Source: Candidatus Latescibacterota bacterium (lineage in GTDB: Bacteria; Latescibacterota; UBA2968). From it: DNA of 64,000 bases. Within the stretch, counting starts at the first letter, position 1. Every line of letters starts with the position of its first letter. Shown here piece by piece: positions 21,477 through 29,900 of this stretch. The notes beneath the pieces are model-generated. The model ran no database searches and was not told the DNA's origin. It was given only the letters and a program-made list of their open reading frames with translations. The translations under genes were made by a program, and so were the position numbers. The DNA is taken from the NCBI GenBank assembly GCA_965208125.1, contig OZ242320.1, forward strand, positions 2,240,001 to 2,304,000. Direction: 5' to 3'.

Positions 21477-22085
21477 ATGAAAGCAATGGAAGTGATTGCC
21501 GTGCAGCTTGAGCCCAATAGCAGTCATCCGCTGGTCTGGTTAAAGGATAAGGACCAGAAGGTCGTTTTGCCCATTGCAGTTGGCAATTTTGAAGCGGCAG
21601 CGATTTATATGGAGCTCCACGGTGAGCCGCCGCCGCGTCCGATTGCGTACGATTTGTTGCGCACTATTTTAGAGGGGTTTGATGCACGCGTTGAGCAGGT
21701 GCTGGTCAGTGCGTTGCGAGACGATACGTTTTTTGCCGAGGTTACACTTGTCCGCGATGGGGAGTCGATTGTTATTGATTCGCGTCCGAGCGATGCGCTG
21801 GCATTGGCACTGCGCGTTGATGCCCCGGTTTTTGTGGCGGATCAGGTGATTGAGGAGGCGGGTCTGTCAATCGAGATGCAAGATTCTCAGGTGCCTGTTG
21901 AGGGTGGTCGGGATATTTCTATGACGCCTGCAGGAGAGGATGAAGAAGAGGTGCTCGATCCGATGGCGCAGCAGGTGGTCGCTCTCAAGGCGCGTTTGCA
22001 GGAGGCGGTCGCGCTGGAAGAGTACGAAGAAGCCGCCAGGCTGCGCGACGAGATCGGCAGGCTTGAACACAGTATCGAGAAATAA
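21477..22085 (+). CDS. Bifunctional nuclease (DUF151) with C-terminal UVR domain
   Basis: LPI.VG.FEA, PRP..YDL, DSRPSDALALA, EEYEEAARLRDEI. Confidence 0.92.
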   Translation: MKAMEVIAVQLEPNSSHPLVWLKDKDQKVVLPIAVGNFEAAAIYMELHGEPPPRPIAYDLLRTILEGFDARVEQVLVSALRDDTFFAEVTLVRDGESIVIDSRPSDALALALRVDAPVFVADQVIEEAGLSIEMQDSQVPVEGGRDISMTPAGEDEEEVLDPMAQQVVALKARLQEAVALEEYEEAARLRDEIGRLEHSIEK

Positions 22086-22467
22086 CCGCGTTATAGTAAT
22101 TTGTAGGGGACGGCCCCCGTGCCGTCCCGTGCGATCCAGTATTGAAATAAAAGTACATATCTTTCACACTATCCCCTCCTCCATAGATCAAAACTTACAC
22201 GCTTACCTCCCAGCGCGTTCCATTTGTATGTATCTCCAAAGGTGCTTCCTGCATTCAAGTTAGGGGCGCAATATAGCATATTAAAAGCATGATGAGGATA
22301 CTTGAACTTCTGCCCACACAATTTATCACTCAATTTCTGTGATGTTGGCTTGATATTTGCTTGGGGTCTAACTGTTGCGTGTGTTCATGCGACGAATTTT
22401 TGGGTCGGTTGATGATATTGAGTGGGTTAGCGTATGCTCCAACACTAATCACTGGAGTATTTGAGTT

Positions 22468-22665
22468 ATGCAAATGCCAACCATCGAAACGCGCGTTGCT
22501 TCTCTTGAAGCAGTCCAGACGCAAATGAATGATCGGTTAGGCAACATTGAACAGGAATTGCGAGAAATAAGACGGGATGCACGGCAAAACACCCGCTGGT
22601 TTGTCGGCATTCAGCTTACTACGTTTATCACGCTTGCAACTCTTATACTGCTCAGACTTGGATAA
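22468..22665 (+). CDS. Small coiled-coil protein with C-terminal TM helix (XhlA/DUF1640-like)
   Basis: 65 aa, heptad region followed by RWFVGIQLTTFITLATLIL; GGAG upstream. Confidence 0.7.
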   Translation: MQMPTIETRVASLEAVQTQMNDRLGNIEQELREIRRDARQNTRWFVGIQLTTFITLATLILLRLG

Positions 22666-22844
22666 AAAAAGGGCGTCTTGAATCTCACACACTCAGGACT
22701 TCCCAGAAGGTTTTTAGTTTTCTTCAAGTGCCTCCAGGTCGGCCAGGTCTTTTTGCCGACCAGTGAGGCGCTTGTTTTTTATTCGTTGAGGTCGCCTCAG
22801 ATGGCAACGAGAAGGACGACGAGGCGGCGGCATTTTGGGGAGAC

Positions 22845-23234
22845 GTCGGCGCGGGTCGCGCTATTGGCTGGCGCGTTCTGGTATGAGTTGGTGGGGTTTG
22901 CCCACAAGCCGATGACTGAGTTTGTGGCTACGGCTTTGCTGATGGTGTTGCTGGTGCTGTGTGTGCGGTCGGCGGTGGATAGGGGGCGGACGGTCTGGTT
23001 GATGGCGCTTGTGGCGGTGCCACGCTCGGCATGGCGGTTTTGTGCCGTCCGACGAGTGCTGTGGTGGTTGTTTGCGTGGGGGCATATTTGTTGTGGGTGA
23101 ACCGCCGCGGGTTCGTTGCTTTTGTGCTTGGGGGGATACCGTTCGCCGTCGTCCTTGCCGCGTATAATGGCTACTACTTTGGTAATGTCCTCGAGTTTGG
23201 GCAGACGATTACAGGGCGCTTAAAAAAAGATTGA
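22845..23234 (+). pseudogene. Fragments of GT-C-type membrane glycosyltransferase genes
   Basis: Hydrophobic pieces AGAFWYELVGFAHKPMTEFVATALL and LCRPTSA..YNGYYFG in different frames, with no proper start. Confidence 0.5.
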
Positions 23235-23562
23235 TGCAGGTATATACCAGCAAGAAAATGCCGATTCTCTATCTTTCTTCGAGGGAATGATAAAGGTACA
23301 TATTTTTCACGATATCCCATCCTTCATGGATCAAAACTTACACTCTTACCTTTCAGCGCGTTCCATGTGTATGTATCTCCAAAGGTGCTTCCTGCATTCA
23401 AGTTAGGGGCGCAATATAGCATATTAAAAGCATGATGAGGATACTTGAACTTCTGCCCACACAATTTATCGCTCAATTCTGTGATGTTGGCCTGATATTT
23501 GCTCAGGGTCTGACTGTTGCGTGTGTTTATAGAATTCACCCATCAGACCCAGGGCATCCCAC

Positions 23563-24513
23563 ATGGCCGAATATGACTCTGTCTCCAAAGATCTGATCCA
23601 GACCTATCCCAAAGACTTCATCCGACTCACACTTGAACAGGACGATGTAGAAGTCCTGGACATACTCGATACAGAGCAAAACACGGTTGATACACGACAT
23701 ACCGATAGCCTTATCCGTGTCCATATCGCGGGTGAGGAGGCATTGATCCATCACGAGTTTCAGACGACCGACGATCCATCTATGCCGCTGCGCATGGCAG
23801 GCTATATTATACGGGCGATAGAGCAGCACGGTCTGCCGGTTTCTTCGAGTGTGATCTATTTGCGGCGCAGTGCTGGTCGGCGCGATCCGGGGTATTATAT
23901 CCAGGATTTTCTCGGCCGTCGCGTTTTGTTAGAATACACAGTGATTCGGTTGAGTGAGATAGAAGGACAGGATATTCTTGATGGCGGACCTTCGGGCTTG
24001 TTCCCGTTCGTGCCGTTGATGAAACGTCCTGTTGAGATAGATTCAGAGGCGTGGTTGCATCACTGTGTTGACGCGACGAATGCGTTGCCAGTGGATGAAT
24101 CAATAAAGGTTGACTTTTTGGGTCGGTTGATGATATTGAGTGGGTTAGAGTATGATCAGACACTGATCAATCGCATTCTCTTACAGGAGGGTCTTATGGA
24201 TGCCATTATGCGCGAATCGTCGTTTGCACAATACATTAAGCAACAAGGCAGAGAGGAAGGCAGAGAGGAAGGCAGAGAGGAAGGTATTGAGCAAGGTATT
24301 GAGCAAGGTATTGAGCAGGGTATTGAGCAGGGTGGCAGGCAACGCGCCATTGAAGATCTTCTCGATGTGTTGGAAATTCGATTTGACCTGAGTGAAGCAC
24401 ATCCCTTATCTGCTCGCATTGCCGCGATTGATGATTTACAACGTCTCAAGCAGTTGCTTCGCTCGGCGGTTCAGGTGTCCAGCCTTGAGGCATTTGAGCA
24501 AGTGTTGGAATAA
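23563..24513 (+). CDS. Rpn/YhgA-like PD-(D/E)xK nuclease or putative transposase
   Basis: YDSVSK, TDSL..HHEFQT, MPLRMAGY, ESSFAQ, GREE x3/GIEQ x4 repeats, DUF4351-like end. Confidence 0.85.
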   Translation: MAEYDSVSKDLIQTYPKDFIRLTLEQDDVEVLDILDTEQNTVDTRHTDSLIRVHIAGEEALIHHEFQTTDDPSMPLRMAGYIIRAIEQHGLPVSSSVIYLRRSAGRRDPGYYIQDFLGRRVLLEYTVIRLSEIEGQDILDGGPSGLFPFVPLMKRPVEIDSEAWLHHCVDATNALPVDESIKVDFLGRLMILSGLEYDQTLINRILLQEGLMDAIMRESSFAQYIKQQGREEGREEGREEGIEQGIEQGIEQGIEQGGRQRAIEDLLDVLEIRFDLSEAHPLSARIAAIDDLQRLKQLLRSAVQVSSLEAFEQVLE

Positions 24514-24667
24514 AGGAGGAAGTGTGAAGTGTGAAGGGTGAAGTGTGAAGGGTGAAATGAGTAGAAACACCAGCCTTTTGGGGGTTGGGACGGGTTTTCT
24601 TCCTTCTAACTTCCCCTGGCCGCGATCCAGAAGGTTTTTAGCTTTATATACAGGACATTATTCATAC

Positions 24668-24946
24668 ATGACCAGAACATTTACCTATACTCAGGCACGC
24701 GCCAGACTCGCCAGTCTCTGCAAAGATGTAACCGATGACAGTGATTACGTCATTATCACTCGTCGGGGGCATGAAGATGTCGCTTTGATTTCTGCGTCCG
24801 AGCTTTCCAGCCTTATAGAAACCGCTCATCTTCTCAGTTCGCCCAAAAATGCAAAACGACTGGCAACAGCACTAAACCGGGCAAAAGCCGGTACAGAACC
24901 CGCTCAATCTGTTGACGACTTGCGCCGAGAGGTTGGGCTGGAATAA
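24668..24946 (+). CDS. yefM: Antitoxin, Phd/YefM family
   Basis: TYTQARARL, IITRRG, LIETAHLL.SPKNA.RL. Confidence 0.9.
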   Translation: MTRTFTYTQARARLASLCKDVTDDSDYVIITRRGHEDVALISASELSSLIETAHLLSSPKNAKRLATALNRAKAGTEPAQSVDDLRREVGLE

Positions 24947-24948
24947 TA

Positions 24949-25395
24949 ATGCGCGATGCTGTTTTTCATCCAGAATTTCGTACAGACCTGCACTATTGGG
25001 TTCAAACGGATCGCAAGATAGCCCTTCGCGTTTTGACGCTTGTGGAAGCGATTCTGCGAGATCCTTTCAAAGGGATTGGCAAACCAGAACGACTCAAATA
25101 CTTTGATCGCAATACCTGGTCTCGCCGTTTGACACGCGAACATCGCATTGTCTATTCCGTCAGCCATATTGTGTCGGCGGATACCAGTCTCGCCAGTCCC
25201 ATTCCCGGCTATACGGTGGAGAAGCAATTCGGCGATGTCCAGATCTGGCGCCGCGACGAGAATGATGCGCCGGTCCGTCAATGGGAGGTGTACAATCCGA
25301 TTGTTGTCGGGAATTTGGATCAGATTATGAAGCAAGTTGATCCCAATGCGCCAAAACCCCCACCCAATAATGGCATCCGATTCGTAGTCTTTTGA
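24949..25395 (+). CDS. yoeB: Txe/YoeB toxin N-terminal part fused to a foreign C-terminus
   Basis: DPF.GIGKPE.LK, WSRR.T.EHR.VY; the usual terminal RYHY is replaced by about 77 unrelated residues. Confidence 0.75.
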   Translation: MRDAVFHPEFRTDLHYWVQTDRKIALRVLTLVEAILRDPFKGIGKPERLKYFDRNTWSRRLTREHRIVYSVSHIVSADTSLASPIPGYTVEKQFGDVQIWRRDENDAPVRQWEVYNPIVVGNLDQIMKQVDPNAPKPPPNNGIRFVVF

Positions 25396-25512
25396 TTTTA
25401 TCCTGTCCATCCTTTCATCCTGCCCATCCTGATCTTAATTGCTTTTGTTCTTCCCCCATATTCCTTATATTCCTTATATATTGAGGTCGAAATAAAATAA
25501 GATGAGGCAGTT

Positions 25513-25665
25513 ATGACAGAAATAACGATTATTGCCGTTGGCATTGGTCTTGCGGGTGTGATTTGGTACGATAATCGGCTCTGGCGTAAGGACCGGGAGA
25601 AATGGGAACAGGAGATGCGGCTTAAGAATATAGAAGCGCGGCTTAAGAGGCTGGAGTGTGATTAG
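25513..25665 (+). CDS. 50-aa protein with N-terminal TM helix and coiled coil (not in the ORF track)
   Basis: MTEITIIAVGIGLAGVIWYDNRLWRKDREKWEQEMRLKNIEARLKRLECD; GAGG RBS; 5' end nearly identical to the ORF at 25718. Confidence 0.65.
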   Translation: MTEITIIAVGIGLAGVIWYDNRLWRKDREKWEQEMRLKNIEARLKRLECD

Positions 25666-25717
25666 GATGGTTTGAACATAATCCCAGAGACGCTCAAATG
25701 TTAGCTTGGAGGCGGTT

Positions 25718-25936
25718 ATGACAGAAATGATAACGATTATTGCCGTTGGCATTGGTCTTGCGGGGTTGATTTTGAATGGTCAAAAGAATGCTCGTGAGGA
25801 TACAAAGAGCTTAGAAGCACGGCTTGAAAAGTTGGAAGTGCGGATGGGTACGATGGAGCGTCAACAGGCGAAGTTGGAAGACTTGCTTGAGGGCTTGCGC
25901 GAAGCCATATCTGGCCGGGCACCCGCCAGCCGTTAG
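25718..25936 (+). CDS. 72-aa protein with N-terminal TM helix and coiled coil
   Basis: GGAGG RBS; MTEMITIIAVGIGLAGLIL...ERQQAKLEDLLEGLREAI. Confidence 0.72.
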   Translation: MTEMITIIAVGIGLAGLILNGQKNAREDTKSLEARLEKLEVRMGTMERQQAKLEDLLEGLREAISGRAPASR

Positions 25937-25975
25937 TTGATGTTCGCTCATTATTCATAAACGATAGGATACATA

Positions 25976-26248
25976 ATGCAACTTCCCTCAGCAGAAAGTA
26001 GAATGGCCGACATTGACACTCGCCTGAGTCGAATAGAGGGGATTGTCGATCAAATCGTACAGCGGTTGACCAGCCTGGAAGGTCGCATGAACAGTCTGGT
26101 CAATCGCCTGGACAATATGGATATGCGTCTGGACAATATGGAAGGGCGCATGGCCAGCCATTTGAAATGGATTATTGGACTTCTCCTGACCATTCTGATC
26201 GCCATTTTCGGCACGTCAATTACCATTTTGATGAATCTCCCCAAATAG
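25976..26248 (+). CDS. Small coiled-coil protein with C-terminal TM helix
   Basis: RLxxLEGR/RLDNM heptads followed by KWIIGLLLTILIAIFG. Confidence 0.72.
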   Translation: MQLPSAESRMADIDTRLSRIEGIVDQIVQRLTSLEGRMNSLVNRLDNMDMRLDNMEGRMASHLKWIIGLLLTILIAIFGTSITILMNLPK

Positions 26249-26258
26249 GGCGGGCTTT

Positions 26259-26417
26259 GTCATCGCGGCATGCCGTTGTAGGGGACGGCCCCTGTGCCGT
26301 CCCGCGCGATCCAGAAGGTTTTGCCTTTAATCTGTGTCCATCCGCGTTCATCTGCGGATGCCTTTCGCCTTTGCCTTTATCCTGCACATCCTTTAATCCT
26401 GTAAATCCTGATTCTGA
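26259..26417 (+). repeat. Composite repeat stack with a GTAG-REP nested inside a GTCAT..ATCCAG element
   Basis: gtcatcgcggcatgcc[gtaggggacggcccctgtgccgtccc]gcgcgatccagaaggtt, then atctgtgtccatccgcg and an ATCCTG array. Confidence 0.85.
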
Positions 26418-26468
26418 TTGTGTTTGCCTCAGTTTTTTATTATCATATTACTTACATAGAAAAAACCC

Positions 26469-26497
26469 TTGACACTGTGTTTTTGATTGCATATAAT
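26469..26497 (+). promoter_or_regulatory. Consensus sigma70 promoter
   Basis: TTGACA-17 nt-TATAAT with an A-tract upstream. Confidence 0.8.
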
Positions 26498-26946
26498 TAG
26501 CCCGTCATATATTTAATATGGAGCAGTTCCCATGAACCAAACATCAAACAAAGCAGAAGGGGTGTTGATTTTTCCTAACGCATTACTCCTGAAAGCCATT
26601 GTAAGGATGTTGCATTGGTGTGTGTTAGGCTGTTTTTGGAAGGAGGTACTCGAATAAAATGGCGAGTTCATAAAGTATTCGTAACCTGTTGTTTTGAAAG
26701 GAATTAGAGAATATGAAAACAAGTCTGTTGAAGGGAGGGATATAAATTTGGATTTAAGAAGTGCTTCTCCGCTACGTCGCAAAGGTCGCGGCTCTCACCC
26801 TTTTCTGGGGTCCGGTCTTAAACAGCGCGAACAGCGCGAGAAGGTAGGGGCAATCCCTTGTGGTTGCCCGCAGTTTCGCTGTAGAATTAATTCGTTCGTA
26901 AACAATCATTTACTCGATCCTAACATTTTTTTAGGAGGTCGATAGG

Positions 26947-29900
26947 ATGAATTTTCACAAAACAATTGGCTTTTTGGCGGCTCTTTTGCTCATGGTGGGC
27001 CTTGGAGCGCCAGACAGTTTTGCACAAGATGTTCCCGGAACTATGACGGTGACGTTTAACGAGACAAGTGCGGATGCTGAGGCGGAGGGAACTACTAATC
27101 CTGATAGCGTGAAGGTGAGAGTAACATTAAATCCTGCACCCGATGCGGCTTTGACTGTAACTGTAGCTCTATCAGTAACCTCCAATGCTACTACTGGTCC
27201 GTACTCAATCACTGAAATGGATCTTTTAACAGCTCGTGCCAGTGTTGACGTCGTGGTGGATGAATCTGGCACAGGAGAGAGTGCCGCGGGCGTTTTCGTG
27301 GCAAGAACTGTCACAGACGCAGATGATCCTCCTTTTTATGGTCTTGCACGCTTGAATGCGAATGCCCCCGAACAGACTGGCGTACAAGCTGGCACATCGA
27401 CATACTCATACGCCACATACACGGCGTCGATTCCAATAAAAGATGTGCAAAGAACCCCATCCTCAAGCAAAAGTATAACCCTTGAGGTGAGGGGGGATCC
27501 GATACCCAGCCTTAATGCAAATGATGCTGGTACTCAGGAAGTGCCCCTGACCGTGACTCTGGCGCAGGCACCAGGAGCTGTTGATGGTACTAATGTTACG
27601 GTGACTGTGAATATAAGTGGGATCCTTGTCGCTACGAATGGTAGCGAGACGGTCATCACAGCAACCGCTGTGACTGTAGAAGGTGATGAGACAACAGAGG
27701 CAACACCTTCAGCTGCGATAACCTTACCGACAAATTCTGGCGAAGGCACTTTGATAGTGTACGCCGGTGCGGACGGCTACAGGACGGATGAGATAGAGAT
27801 TCCCGTTATAGGTCGTAGTGCTGAGGATGTGCAAGGTTTTCGTGTTGTCATTGCTTCTCCAGGACATGAAGACTGGGTGGGGATTGGCGACGAGGTTGAG
27901 GTTCATGTGATGCGCGTGAGTCGGCACGCTTATGACTGGACGCGGTTCACAAGTATTGCGGTTTCGTTGAGCGATACTACGGACGCGGACGCCGCTGAAG
28001 GCCACCAACCTACGTTTCTTTCTGCTTTCTTTGTTGATGATACTAATCAGAATGCGGGAGATCCGACGATAGCGCCCTCGGTGACTGTAGAAAATCTCAA
28101 TGCAGCACGCGATGGGACTATTGAAACCAATAATGAAGATGTCAGCTATGACAGGGCAACGGATAAGCTGGTATTTAAGATTGAACTGATGGAGGATGAA
28201 AAAAGTACAGTTTCTGCTGACGACTTTAAAGGCGTGTATGCTGCTGCTATATTTATGTCGGCAGGAGACGGTACCACCGCACTCCTCGACACACTCAACA
28301 GTAATGACACCAAAAAGAACGTTTTTACCAGCATGTCGCTTCTTAATGGCGTCCCTCAGGCGAATAGAAAAGTTGGTGATGGGAAGCTGATACAGGTTGA
28401 TGTTGTTCGTCCTGCTGATAGCGATGAGTTTGACGCAAGCTCCTTGACCGTTAACGTCAATGGAGATCCTGCAACCAGAACCACGAAGGTCAAGATAGGC
28501 GATGAGATTGAGGCGGAATTGGCCGTCAGCGGTTCTGTGCGTTTCAGAGATGAGAATATACGGCTTGCGATTATTCCTGTTGACGCAGCAGCAGCAAACG
28601 GCAGGGACAAAACATTCGCGTCAGCGACCTATGATGCAGATGACATATCTGATGCCTCAGGTCGTTCGCTGGGTATCTCTTTGGACGTGGCAGCCGGGAC
28701 ATTTAAACTCCAGGCACGCACCGGAGCCGTAAATCAACGCGGCTTCAACAGAGACACCGGGAAGCGTTTAAAGGCGTCCGATATGTTTGAAGTAGATGGT
28801 TTGCCTATTGTCGCCAGGATAAACACGATAGATCAGGCTGGCAACGTTTCGGCAACTGGTGTGTCTTCAGTGGCGTTTACAGGGGATTCGAGGAAGCCGA
28901 AAATTTCGGTTATCCATCCTGCTGCTGGTGATCACTTCTCAGCTATTTATGAGAATACTCGCGATCTGGAAGACTATGATGAATTTCTCATGCCTCTGGT
29001 CGTGCGGGTGGATGAAGACGGCTTGGACTCGCTCTATGTTTTTGCAAAGGGAGCGGATGCATACGCTGACAGGGTCAATCTGAATTCGAGCATCTCTGAC
29101 AGAGTTGGGGCGGCGAGCGCGAACACAGTGGGAGACACGCTTGCCTATAACACGTCAGCACTTGTATATCCAGAAGATCTGGCAGAAGATGCAGATGAGA
29201 GAATGAAGCTTATTGGCGGCGCAGGCATTACGCTGATGGTTGTCGCGAAGGACGCGTCGGGTAACGTAACTGAGGAGGCGATTGCTGCCACTCACGATGA
29301 AAATCCTCCAAAAATTACTGCCTGGTTCCCAAAGCGCAGTCTTTTGGAAGCGGAGGATGATGGATCGTACCTCATTAACGCTACCACGCGCCATCCGACC
29401 TTAACGCTGCCGGAAGCTGTGGATTCGATTTCGGTTTCTTACGAATCCCGTGGAGACGCTCCCGTTGTGGAGACAGTTTCGGGTATGAGGGCTAAGGGTG
29501 ACAGGGCAATCACAATCACTACGGATCTCATGGATGGTAGAACCTATACTCTGAGGATATTTACCCGCGATCTCGCAGGGAATGTCGCCATATCGGGAGA
29601 AGAAGAACTCACATTTAGTTCTTCATTCGCCAATCCGATGGCGAATGCGTTTAAGGTCACAAATAAGACGCAAAAGATTGGAAAAAATGCAAGCACTGGC
29701 GTGATTGCTGGTCAGGCATTTGTGTTGGAGATTATGGCTATTGATGGTAGTGGTGCGAAAGACCGTAACGTTTATACGTATAAGAACGATATGGCGTCTG
29801 AAGTGCGTATCAGTGCCTCATCCCCATCCGTACGCTTCTCGGGTGGTGGCGTGGCCGATAATGGTGATGGTACTGCCACACTCGATGCCGATGGTTGGAA

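Larger units (their letters stand above)
22148..23530. repeat. About 240-bp imperfect direct repeat (copies ~22148-22388 and ~23290-23530)
   Basis: Shared core tatgtatctccaaaggtgcttcctgcattcaagttaggggcgcaatatagc...cacacaatttatc is identical in both copies. Confidence 0.92.

Noticed and set aside
24248-24333. 12-bp tandem repeats as a separate element
   Set aside because: These are the usual GREE/GIEQ coding repeats of Rpn-like proteins
26770-26830. c-di-GMP-I riboswitch (gtcgcaaagg..ggctct)
   Set aside because: Only a partial GCAAA resemblance; the GNRA stem and receptor are not identifiable
26694-26945. 83-aa ORF in the scaffold leader
   Set aside because: TTG start, partly a REP translation (VGAIPCGCP), and no motifs
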